In this document: one piece after another, positions 9,233-17,271 of the stretch
Position numbering within the stretch: position 1 is the first letter of the stretch
How the letters are laid out: each line of letters opens with the position of its first letter
Origin: Candidatus Methylomirabilia bacterium
GTDB taxonomy: Bacteria; Methylomirabilota; Methylomirabilia; Rokubacteriales; CSP1-6
Reading direction: 5' to 3'
Assembly: GCA_041496385.1 (NCBI GenBank)
Contig: JBGQEL010000038.1
Coordinates: forward strand, 1-35,434
Length of the DNA stretch: 35,434 bases
The notes under the pieces: model-generated
Database searches by the model: none
What the model saw: the letters and a program-made list of their open reading frames with translations, nothing else
What the model was told of the DNA's origin: nothing
Made by a program: the position numbers and the translations under genes

Positions 9233-9760
9233 GTGACCCACGCGCAGGTCCGCGACACACTCCGCTCGGTGCTCTGCCGCGGGCTCACGCTCGAGCAGGC
9301 GGAGCAGATCACGCAGGCGCTGGCGCCCGTCACCGTGAGCGCGGGCCGTCCGATCTTCCGCGAGGGCGACAGCCCGCGCGGGCTCTTCGTCCTGCTGAAG
9401 GGCACGGTCGAGATCCTCAAGCACGCGCCGGACGGCAAGACGCAGTCGCTCGGGAGGATCGACGCGCCGACCGTGCTCGGCGAGATGAGCCTGCTGACCG
9501 AGCGGCCGCACTCCGCCACGGTCGGCACCGTGACCGACTGCGAGCTCTACTTGCTCACCCGGACGCAGTTCCAGCGGCTGATCGCGGGCGAGTCCGTCGC
9601 GGCGTACAAGCTGGTCGCGGCCATCGCCGAGGTGCTGGCCGGCCGGGTCGCGCGCCTCGATCAGAAGGTGCTCGAGCTGTCCGCCGCGCGCGGCGCGCCC
9701 GCCCCAGTCGAGGAGCTCGCGGCCTTCAAGCAGAAGCTGTTCAGCGAGTGGAGCTTCTAG
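9233..9760 (+). CDS. Cyclic-nucleotide-binding (CRP effector) domain protein with no evident HTH
   Basis: IFREGD, LLKGTVEI, LGEMSLL..PHSATV; starts 4 bp after the gdh stop. Confidence 0.8.
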   Translation: MTHAQVRDTLRSVLCRGLTLEQAEQITQALAPVTVSAGRPIFREGDSPRGLFVLLKGTVEILKHAPDGKTQSLGRIDAPTVLGEMSLLTERPHSATVGTVTDCELYLLTRTQFQRLIAGESVAAYKLVAAIAEVLAGRVARLDQKVLELSAARGAPAPVEELAAFKQKLFSEWSF

Positions 9761-10130
9761 CCGCGACGTAGGCGCGCCAGCCGCCGTACGCCGTGATCTC
9801 GCGCTGGCCTTCGCAGAGCGCCGGCTCGCCGAGGACCCCGAGCGTCTCCTCCCCATCGGCGAGACGGACCTTGCCGATGCAGAGCCCGGGCGGCTCTTGG
9901 AGAAGGATCGTCGCGAGTCCGGCGGCGGGCACGTCCCAGACCTCGACGGCGACCGCCGCGCCGCCGCGCGAGACGCGGACCATCGCCGGGTGGCGGTCGT
10001 CGATCGACCAGAGACGATAGCTCGGCACCGTCACCGCGTCCCGCTCGAAGCTGCCGCCGGCCGCCAGGAGATTGCCGTTCAGCTCGAGCCCGCGCATGAG
10101 CGTGCCGTTCACGGCCAGGCGGATGGTCAA
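9741..10130 (-). CDS. Stand-alone allophanate hydrolase C-terminal-like (gamma-glutamylcyclotransferase-like) protein, 129 aa
   Basis: TTG start after AAGGAG. LAVNGTLMRGLELN...YRLW...VEVW...PPGLCIGKVRLADG...EITAYGGWRAY resembles the AtzF/Dur1 C domain. Confidence 0.8.
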   Translation of the reverse strand: MTIRLAVNGTLMRGLELNGNLLAAGGSFERDAVTVPSYRLWSIDDRHPAMVRVSRGGAAVAVEVWDVPAAGLATILLQEPPGLCIGKVRLADGEETLGVLGEPALCEGQREITAYGGWRAYVAARSSTR

Positions 10131-10184
10131 GGCGCTCTCCTTCAAGCAGGTGGCGGACGGCCGCACGGCCGCCGCTTCCGGGTG

Positions 10185-10213
10185 ACCGTAGCATCCGCCC
10201 CTCGCGCCCGCAA
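10185..10213 (-). promoter_or_regulatory. Sigma70-type promoter for the 10130 gene
   Basis: Minus strand TTGCGG-N17-TACGGT with a TG extended -10 (TGCTACGGT). Confidence 0.5.
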
Positions 10214-10239
10214 CGGCCGCCGCCGTCGGCGCGCCGCAC

Positions 10240-10285
10240 TGCTCCCCGATTAAGCACGCGCCGGAGACTGCCTCCGACGTGGGCA
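10240..10285. promoter_or_regulatory. Tandem NtrC-like enhancer boxes
   Basis: Two 17-bp TGC-N11-GCA sites, TGCTCCCCGATTAAGCA (10240-10256) and TGCCTCCGACGTGGGCA (10269-10285), about 90-135 bp upstream of the predicted sigma54 start. Confidence 0.6.
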
Positions 10286-10349
10286 GCGCGCCGCGCCGGC
10301 GCGCCCGCCTAAGTTCGCGTCGCGTTTGACGGCGCATCCGGGATCTCCG

Positions 10350-10365
10350 CGGCACGGGCTTTGCT
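10350..10365 (+). promoter_or_regulatory. Sigma54 (-24/-12) promoter
   Basis: CGGCACGGGCTTTGCT matches YGGCACG-N4-TTGCW, with GG-N10-GC spacing. Confidence 0.8.
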
Positions 10366-10412
10366 CGTGAGCGTTTCGGCCCCCCGGGTCCGCCGCGCAC
10401 GGGAGGGCTCCG

Positions 10413-10754
10413 ATGAACGAGCCGAACGTTGAAGGGTTGGGGAGACACATGCGTGAGCAAGTCGGAGGCCCGGAGTCGAACGAGCTGCGCGCCGTCGCGC
10501 GCATCATGACCGAAGCCGTGCCCGCGCTCGTGAAGCAGCTCTCGACGCTCAAGCCCGGACACGTGCACCGCGAGGCCCTCGTGCTGCTCGAGCGCCCGCT
10601 CCTGCTGCACGCGCTCGCGCTGACGGGCGGCAACCAGCTCCGCGCGGCGCGCCTGCTCGGCCTCAACCGCAACACGCTCCGCAAGCGCTGCCGCGAGCTC
10701 CAGCTGATACCGCCGCGGCGCGTCCGGGGCCCGGCGCCCGCGCGGCTCGCCTGA
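10413..10754 (+). CDS. Small Fis/NtrC-type HTH-only DNA-binding protein
   Basis: [33 protein letters not shown] (Fis-type HTH); no AAA+ or receiver domain; GGGAGG upstream. Confidence 0.85.
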   Translation: MNEPNVEGLGRHMREQVGGPESNELRAVARIMTEAVPALVKQLSTLKPGHVHREALVLLERPLLLHALALTGGNQLRAARLLGLNRNTLRKRCRELQLIPPRRVRGPAPARLA

Positions 10755-10778
10755 CACCGGCCCCGGGCCGCGCCGCGG

Positions 10779-10823
10779 CGGCGTCCTTGATCGCCCGCCC
10801 GGAATCCTGTATCAAGGACGCCG
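10779..10823 (+). promoter_or_regulatory. 13-bp perfect inverted repeat covering the hcmB ribosome-binding site and a possible promoter
   Basis: CGGCGTCCTTGAT (10779-10791) / ATCAAGGACGCCG (10811-10823). AAGGA lies in the 3' arm. TTGATC-N17-TATCAA is embedded. Confidence 0.6.
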
Positions 10824-10827
10824 ACAC

Positions 10828-11232
10828 ATGGCACCCGTCCGCGTGCTCATCGCCAAGGTCGGTCTCGACGGACACGACCGCGGCGCGAAGGTCGTCGCGC
10901 GCTGCCTGCGCGACGGGGGGATGGACGTCGTCTACACGGGCCTGCACCGGACGCCCGAGGAGGTCGTGACGGCGGCCGTCCAGGAGGACGTCGACATCCT
11001 CGGCATCAGCCTCCTCTCGGGCGCGCACATGACCCTGATCCCCCGCGTCGTGGAGCTGATGCGGGCGGCGGGCGCCACCGACATGCTGCTCGTGGTCGGC
11101 GGCGTGGTCCCCGACGAGGACGTGCCGGCCCTCCGTGCGATGGGCGTCGCCGAGGTCCTCTTGCAGGACACGCCGCCGGACGCGATCGTGGCCCGGCTCC
11201 GCGAGCTGGTCGCGGCGCGCCCGCCGCGCTGA
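10828..11232 (+). CDS. hcmB: Acyl-CoA mutase small (B12-binding) subunit
   Basis: KVGLDGHDRGAK (DxHxxG), SLLSGAH, VGGVVP; same operon as the large subunit. Confidence 0.85.
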   Translation: MAPVRVLIAKVGLDGHDRGAKVVARCLRDGGMDVVYTGLHRTPEEVVTAAVQEDVDILGISLLSGAHMTLIPRVVELMRAAGATDMLLVVGGVVPDEDVPALRAMGVAEVLLQDTPPDAIVARLRELVAARPPR

Positions 11233-11249
11233 GCGGCGCCGGAAATCCG

Positions 11250-12671
11250 GTGTCCGGCGCTGTCGACCTCACGGTGTGGCCGCCCCGCTACGATCCCGCC
11301 TACCGCCCCGACGCCTCGGCCGAGCACTGGCTCCCCGAGCTCGAGTGCATGGAGCCGGGCGCGCGCGACGCGCTCGTCCTCGCGAAGCTCCGGCGGCAGA
11401 TCGAGTGGGCGTGGGCCCGGAGCCCGTTCTACCGGAGGAAGTGGGAGGCGGCGGGGGTGACGCCCGCCACGCTCCGGGGCCTCGACGACCTCGTGAGGTT
11501 CCCCGTCGTCCAGAAGGCTGAGCTCCGCGCCTCGCAGGCCGCGGCGCCGCCCTACGGCGAGTACCTCTGCATCGAGCCCGCCGAGGTCGCGCGCATCCAC
11601 GGCACGAGCGGCACGACGGGGCGGCCGACCGTGTTCGGGATCGGCCGCGACGACTGGGCGCGGATCGGCGAGGCGCACGCGCGCGTGCTCTGGGGCGCGG
11701 GCGTCCGTCCCGACGATCGCGTCCTCATCTGCTCCTTCTTCAGCCTCTATCTGGGCTCCTGGGGCGCGCTCGAGGGCGTCGCGCGGCTCGGGGCGACCGC
11801 GTTCCCGTTCGGCGCCGGCGCCGCGGGTCAGACCCTCATGGCGGTGCACTGGGCGCGCGACCTCGCCCCGACCGCGTTCTACGGCACACCCTCCTACGCG
11901 CTGCACTTCGCCGAGACGGCGCGGCGCGAGGGCATCGACCCGCGGAGCCTCGGCTTCCGCACGCTGTTCTTCTCGGGCGAGCCAGGGGCGGGCATCCCGG
12001 CGACGAAGCGGCTCATCGAGGAGACCTTCGGCGGCGCGTGCGTGGACATGGGGAGCATGGCGGAGATGACGCCGTGGATGACCAACGCCGAGTGCCGGCA
12101 CCGCAGGGGAATGCATCTGTGGCAGGACGTCGTCTACACGCAGGTCTGCGACCCGGTCGCGTTCGAGCCTCTCCCGTTCGGCGCCGAGGGGACGCCCGTC
12201 TACACCCACCTCGAGCGGACGTCGCAGCCGATGATCCGCCTCGTGTCGGGGGACCTCGCGTCCTGGACCGACGAGCCCTGCCCCTGCGGCCGGACATACC
12301 CAAGGCTGCCCCACGGGCTCTACGGGCGCATCGACGACATGTTCATCGTCCGCGGCGAGAACATCTACCCGAGCGCGATCGAGGACACGCTGCGGGCGCT
12401 CGCGGGCTTCGGCGGCGAGTTCCGCGTGATCATCTCGCGACGCGAGGCGATGGACGAGCTCCTCGTGCGCGCCGAGTACGCGCCGAGCCACGCCGACGCC
12501 GCCGCGCAGGCCCGGCTCCGCGCCGCGATGACCGAGCGGCTCCGCGCGCGGCTCGGCGTGCACCCGGTCGTCGAGCTGGTGGCGGCGGGCACGCTCGAGC
12601 GCACGGAGTTCAAGGCGCGGCGGGTCATCGACGACCGCGACCTCTACCGCAAAGCCTCCCGAGGTGCCTGA
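11250..12671 (+). CDS. Phenylacetate-CoA ligase family protein, probable 2-hydroxyisobutyrate-CoA ligase
   Basis: HGTSGTTGRP, FSGEPG, GRIDDMFIVRGENIYPSAIE, KARRVID; sits between the mutase subunit genes. Confidence 0.8.
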   Translation: MSGAVDLTVWPPRYDPAYRPDASAEHWLPELECMEPGARDALVLAKLRRQIEWAWARSPFYRRKWEAAGVTPATLRGLDDLVRFPVVQKAELRASQAAAPPYGEYLCIEPAEVARIHGTSGTTGRPTVFGIGRDDWARIGEAHARVLWGAGVRPDDRVLICSFFSLYLGSWGALEGVARLGATAFPFGAGAAGQTLMAVHWARDLAPTAFYGTPSYALHFAETARREGIDPRSLGFRTLFFSGEPGAGIPATKRLIEETFGGACVDMGSMAEMTPWMTNAECRHRRGMHLWQDVVYTQVCDPVAFEPLPFGAEGTPVYTHLERTSQPMIRLVSGDLASWTDEPCPCGRTYPRLPHGLYGRIDDMFIVRGENIYPSAIEDTLRALAGFGGEFRVIISRREAMDELLVRAEYAPSHADAAAQARLRAAMTERLRARLGVHPVVELVAAGTLERTEFKARRVIDDRDLYRKASRGA

Positions 12672-13660
12672 TGGACGTCGAGACGCTCGCGCGCGAGCTC
12701 CTCGCGGGCTCGCCGCGCGCGCTGGCGCGCGGGCTCACCTGGGTCGAGGCGGGCGGGGCGCGCGCGGAGGCTCTCGCCGCGCGCCTGTTCGCGCACACGG
12801 GCCGCGCGCACATCGTCGGGCTCACGGGCGCAGGGGGCAGCGGCAAGAGCACGCTGGCGCGGGTCCTCGCGCGGGCGGCGCGCGCGCGGGGCCGCACGGT
12901 CGGCGTCATCGCGGTGGACCCGTCGTCGCCGTTCTCGGGCGGCGCGATCCTCGGCGACCGGATCCGGATGAACGACCTCGCGCTCGACCCCGGCGTCTTC
13001 ATCCGGTCCATGGCGACGCGCGGGGCGCTCGGCGGCCTCTGCCGTGCCGCCGCCGACGGCGTCGACCTGATGGACGCCGCCGGCCGCGACCTCGTCCTAG
13101 TGGAGACCGTCGGCGTCGGCCAGGACGAGGTGGACGTGATGCGGCTCGCGCATACTGTCGTCGTCGTCTCGGTACCGGGCCTGGGTGACGACGTCCAGGC
13201 CCTCAAGGCCGGCATTCTCGAGATCGCCGACCTGCACGTCGTGAACAAGGCCGACCGCGAGGGCGCCGACCGGACGGTCGCCGAGCTCCGTGCGATGCTG
13301 ACGCTGTCGCCCCTGAGCCACGGCCCGGGCGTCGGGCGCGCCGGCGCCCCGGCGGCGGACCCGTGGGTGCCGCCGGTGCTCGCAGCATCCGCGTCGCGCG
13401 AGGAGGGGATCGCCCCGATCGTCGACGCGCTCGACGGCCACAGGGCGCATCTCGAGACGAGCGGGGAGCTCGCCCGGCGCTGGCGACGCATGGTGGGCGC
13501 CCGCGTGCTGCACATCGCGCAGGAGATCGTGGCGGGGAGCCTCGCGCGACCCGACGCCGCCGACGCCGAGGTCGAGCGGGTGGCGCGCCGCGAGCTGGCG
13601 CCCCACGCGTGCGCGCGCCTCCTGCTGGCCCGGCTGGGAGAAAGGACGTCCCATGTTTGA
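12671..13660 (+). CDS. meaB: MeaB/ArgK-family GTPase chaperone of the mutase (MeaH-like)
   Basis: GAGGSGKST, AVDPSSPFSGGAILGDRIRM, ETVGVGQDE, VNKAD; TGATG overlap with the ligase gene. Confidence 0.92.
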   Translation: MDVETLARELLAGSPRALARGLTWVEAGGARAEALAARLFAHTGRAHIVGLTGAGGSGKSTLARVLARAARARGRTVGVIAVDPSSPFSGGAILGDRIRMNDLALDPGVFIRSMATRGALGGLCRAAADGVDLMDAAGRDLVLVETVGVGQDEVDVMRLAHTVVVVSVPGLGDDVQALKAGILEIADLHVVNKADREGADRTVAELRAMLTLSPLSHGPGVGRAGAPAADPWVPPVLAASASREEGIAPIVDALDGHRAHLETSGELARRWRRMVGARVLHIAQEIVAGSLARPDAADAEVERVARRELAPHACARLLLARLGERTSHV

Positions 13661-15335
13661 CCCGAACGCGATCGCAAGGATCGAGGCCATGCGCCGCGAC
13701 TGGGAGGCCGGGGAGCTCCGCGAGTTCCTCGAGCGCCAGCCCGAATCGCGCGCGGAGTACCGGACCGGCTCCGGGCTTCCGCTGGAGCGCGTCTACACGC
13801 CCGCCGACCTCGCCGGCACGAGCCCCGACGACATCGGCCTGCCCGGGCGCTACCCGTTCACGCGCGGGCCCTATCCGACGATGTACCGGGGCCGGCTCTG
13901 GACGATGCGGCAGATCGCCGGCTTCGGGACGGGCAGCGACACGAACCGGCGCTTCCGCTATCTGATCGAGCAGGGACAGACGGGACTGTCGGTCGACTTC
14001 GACATGCCGACGCTGATGGGCTACGACTCCGACGACCCCCATGCCCTCGGCGAGGTAGGGCGGGAGGGCGTCGCGGTGGACACGCTCGACGACGTCGAGG
14101 CGCTGTTCGAGGGCATCGACCTCGAGGGCATCTCGGTCTCGATGACGATCAATCCGACGGCGTGGATTCTCCTCGCGATGTACGTGGCGCTCGCCGAGTC
14201 GCGCGGCACGGATTTGAACCGCCTCTCCGGGACCTGCCAGACGGACATCCTCAAGGAGTACATCGCGCAGAAGGAGTGGATCTTCCCGATCCGCCCCTCG
14301 CTGCGCCTCGTCCGCGACATGATCGTCTACTGCGCCGAGCGGATGGCGCGCTACAATCCGATCAACATCAGCGGCTACCACATCTCGGAGGCCGGCGCGA
14401 CGTCGGTCCAGGAGGTCGCGTTCACGATGGCGAACGCGATCGCGTACGTGGAGGAGGTGACGCGCGCCGGGGTGCCCGTGGACCGGTTCGCGCCGCGCCT
14501 GGCGTTCTACTTCGTCGCGCAGGCGGACTTCTTCGAGGAGGTCGCGAAGTTTCGGGCGGCGCGCCGCGTCTGGGCGAAGCTCTCGAAGGAGCGGTTCGGC
14601 GCCACGAAGGCGGAGTCGATGCGCCTGCGGTTCCACTGCCAGACGGCGGCGGCGACGCTGACCAAGGCGCAGCCGCTCAACAACGTCGTGCGCACCGCGC
14701 TCCAGGCGCTCTCGGCGGTGCTCGGCGGCGCCCAGTCGCTCCACACCAACGGCCTCGACGAGGCCTACGCGATCCCCTCGGAGCTGGCCATGAAGGTCGC
14801 GCTCCGGACGCAGCAGATCATCGCGGACGAGACGCGCGTCGCGAGCGTGGTGGACCCGCTCGGCGGGTCGTATTATGTGGAGAGCCTCACGAACCGCATC
14901 GAGCAGGAGGTGCTCGCCATTCTCGCCAGGGTCGACGCGCTGGGCGGCACGGTGAAGGCGATCGAGGCGGGCTGGTTCCAGCGCGAGATCGCCGACTCCG
15001 CGTACGCGCACGCGCGCCGCCGGGCCTCGGGCGAGCAGCCGGTGATCGGCGTCAACAAGTTCGTGGAGCCGCCGGAGCCCGGCGCCGTGGAGGTGCACCG
15101 GATCGCGCCCGATGTCGAGGCGCGCCAGGTCGGCCGGCTCCGCGCCGCCCGCGCCGGGCGCGACGGCGCCCGCGTCGCCGCGCTGCTCGACCGGCTGGCG
15201 CGGGAGGCGGCCGACCCGGCGATCAACCTGATGCCCGTGACGATCGAGCTCGCGAAGGCGCGCGCCTCGATGGGCGAGATCGTCAACCGCTTGCGCGACG
15301 TGTGGGGGCAGTACGTCGAAACGCCGGTGTTCTAG
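13653..15335 (+). CDS. hcmA: Acyl-CoA mutase large subunit, 2-hydroxyisobutyryl-CoA mutase type
   Basis: [21 protein letters not shown] (Ile88), [10 protein letters not shown] (Asp115), [21 protein letters not shown]. Confidence 0.85.
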   Translation: MFDPNAIARIEAMRRDWEAGELREFLERQPESRAEYRTGSGLPLERVYTPADLAGTSPDDIGLPGRYPFTRGPYPTMYRGRLWTMRQIAGFGTGSDTNRRFRYLIEQGQTGLSVDFDMPTLMGYDSDDPHALGEVGREGVAVDTLDDVEALFEGIDLEGISVSMTINPTAWILLAMYVALAESRGTDLNRLSGTCQTDILKEYIAQKEWIFPIRPSLRLVRDMIVYCAERMARYNPINISGYHISEAGATSVQEVAFTMANAIAYVEEVTRAGVPVDRFAPRLAFYFVAQADFFEEVAKFRAARRVWAKLSKERFGATKAESMRLRFHCQTAAATLTKAQPLNNVVRTALQALSAVLGGAQSLHTNGLDEAYAIPSELAMKVALRTQQIIADETRVASVVDPLGGSYYVESLTNRIEQEVLAILARVDALGGTVKAIEAGWFQREIADSAYAHARRRASGEQPVIGVNKFVEPPEPGAVEVHRIAPDVEARQVGRLRAARAGRDGARVAALLDRLAREAADPAINLMPVTIELAKARASMGEIVNRLRDVWGQYVETPVF

Positions 15336-15350
15336 CAAAGGAGCTAGGCC

Positions 15351-15797
15351 ATGAACATCACCAACATCCTGGCGACGAAGAGCGACACGGCGGTCACGGT
15401 CCGGCCCGAGCAGTCCATCCGGGAGGCGCTGGCGCTGCTCGCGCGGCACAACATCGGCGCGCTCATCGCCGTGGACGAGGCGGGCAAGCCCGTCGGGATC
15501 CTGTCGGAGCGCGACATCGTGCGCGAGGCCGCGAAGAACGAGGCGTGCTTCGGCCGCCGCGTGAGCGACCTCATGACCCGCGACGTCATCACGGGCCAGC
15601 CGCACGACGATCTGACGACGGTGGCCTACACGATGACCGATCGGCGGATCCGGCACCTCCCGGTCGTGGACAAGGGCAAGCTCATCGGCATCGTGTCCAT
15701 CGGCGACGTGGTCAAGGCGCAGCGCGACCACTACCGAGGCGAGGCGGACACCCTCCAGGCATTGATCCTCGACCCCGAGCCGGGCCGGCAGGGCTGA
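15351..15797 (+). CDS. CBS-domain pair protein
   Basis: VGILSERDIVR, MT..VIT, RIRHLPVVD..LIGIVSIGDVVK; AAGGAG ribosome-binding site. Confidence 0.9.
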   Translation: MNITNILATKSDTAVTVRPEQSIREALALLARHNIGALIAVDEAGKPVGILSERDIVREAAKNEACFGRRVSDLMTRDVITGQPHDDLTTVAYTMTDRRIRHLPVVDKGKLIGIVSIGDVVKAQRDHYRGEADTLQALILDPEPGRQG

Positions 15798-17200
15798 TGG
15801 CGCGACCGGGCACCGCCGAGCGGCCCCTGCGCGTGGCGATCGTGGGTGCCGGCCCCACGGGCTACTACGCGGCCGACGCCTTGCTGCGAAAGGAGGACGT
15901 CGTCGTCGAGGTGGACATGTACGATCGGCTGCCGACGCCGTACGGCCTGGTGCGGCTCGGCGTCGCGCCCGACCACCAGAAGATCAAGTCGGTGACGGCC
16001 GCGTTCGACAAGGTCGCGCAGAACCCGCGCTTTCGGTTCTACGGCGGCGTCGAGTTCGGCAAGCACGTGACGCTCGGCGACCTGCGCGCCCACTATCACC
16101 AGATTCTCTACTGCACGGGCGCGCAGACGGACCGGCGCATGGGCGTGCCGGGAGAGGATCTCGCCGGCAGTCATCCGGCGACGGAATTCGTCGCCTGGTA
16201 CAACGGCCATCCCGACTACCGCGACTACGAGTTCGACCTGTCGGCGGAGCGGGCGGCGGTCGTGGGCGTGGGCAACGTCGCGGTGGACGTCGCGCGGATC
16301 CTCTGCCGGACTCGCGAGGAGCTCCAGACGACCGACATCGCCGACTACGCGCTCGAGGCCCTCTCGCGGAGCCGCGTCAAGGAGGTCTACCTGCTCGGCC
16401 GCCGGGGTCCGGCGCAGGCGGCGTTCACGAATCCGGAAATCAAGGAGCTGGGGGAGCTCGCGGGCGCGGATATCGAGGTGCGTCCGGACGAGGTGGCGCT
16501 CGATCCGCTGAGCCAGGCCGCGCTCGAGCGGAGCCAGGATCGGGCCACCCGGAAGAAGGTCGAGATCCTCCAGGGCTACGCGCTCCAGAAGCCCAGCGGG
16601 AAGCCGCGCCGGCTGGTCGTGCGCTTCCTGGTCTCGCCGGTCGAGCTGACCGGCGACGGCACGGGGCGGGTCGTGAAGCTACGCCTCGTGAAAAACGAGC
16701 TCGTCGCGACCGAGACCGGGGCGCTCCAGCCGCGCGCCACGGGCGCGTTCGAGGAGATCCCCGTCGGGCTCGTCTTCCGCTCGGTGGGCTACCGCGGCGT
16801 GCCGTTGCCGGGCGTGCCGTTCAACGAGGCGTGGGGCGTCATCCTCAACATCAAGGGACGGGTGCTCGACCCCGACACGCGACAGCCGGTCGTAGGCGAG
16901 TACACCGCCGGCTGGATCAAGCGGGGGCCGTCGGGCGTCATCGGCACCAACAAGCCGGACGCGGCCGAGACGGTCCAGTGCATGTTCGAGGACCTGGGGC
17001 AGGACGGGGTGCTGGCCCCGGAGCACCCGACGGCGGCGGAGGCCGAGGCGCTGGTCCGCCAGCGGCAGCCGAGCTTCCTCTCCTACGCCGACTGGCTCGA
17101 GCTCAACGAGCTCGAAGTCGCCCGCGGGCAGGCCCAGGGCCGGCCCCGGCTCAAGTTCACCCGCGTGGAGGACATGCTGGCAGCCCTCCGACGGGGGTGA
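15797..17200 (+). CDS. fprA: Ferredoxin-NADP+ reductase, adrenodoxin-reductase/FprA type
   Basis: IVGAGPTG, PYGLVRLGVAPDH, GVGNVAVDVAR, GRRGPAQAAFT, GWIKRGPSGVIGTNK. Confidence 0.88.
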   Translation: MARPGTAERPLRVAIVGAGPTGYYAADALLRKEDVVVEVDMYDRLPTPYGLVRLGVAPDHQKIKSVTAAFDKVAQNPRFRFYGGVEFGKHVTLGDLRAHYHQILYCTGAQTDRRMGVPGEDLAGSHPATEFVAWYNGHPDYRDYEFDLSAERAAVVGVGNVAVDVARILCRTREELQTTDIADYALEALSRSRVKEVYLLGRRGPAQAAFTNPEIKELGELAGADIEVRPDEVALDPLSQAALERSQDRATRKKVEILQGYALQKPSGKPRRLVVRFLVSPVELTGDGTGRVVKLRLVKNELVATETGALQPRATGAFEEIPVGLVFRSVGYRGVPLPGVPFNEAWGVILNIKGRVLDPDTRQPVVGEYTAGWIKRGPSGVIGTNKPDAAETVQCMFEDLGQDGVLAPEHPTAAEAEALVRQRQPSFLSYADWLELNELEVARGQAQGRPRLKFTRVEDMLAALRRG

Positions 17201-17271
17201 CGCCCGACCCTCGAAATCTGCTACACTATCGTAGGTTTCGACTCGTAGGTATGGACTTTCCCGGGGGGGCC

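Noticed and set aside
10150..10232. ACGG-loop hairpins suggesting a guanidine-II (mini-ykkC) riboswitch before the allophanate-hydrolase-like gene
   Set aside because: Only one such hairpin is on the coding (minus) strand and it lies upstream of the predicted promoter; the other is on the wrong strand. The required tandem pair next to the ribosome-binding site is absent.
10787..10815. FNR half-sites TTGAT / ATCAA
   Set aside because: Spacing is 19 nt rather than the 4 nt of an FNR box.
10755..10827. Cobalamin riboswitch ahead of the B12 mutase operon
   Set aside because: Only 73 bp are available and no B12-box is recognisable.
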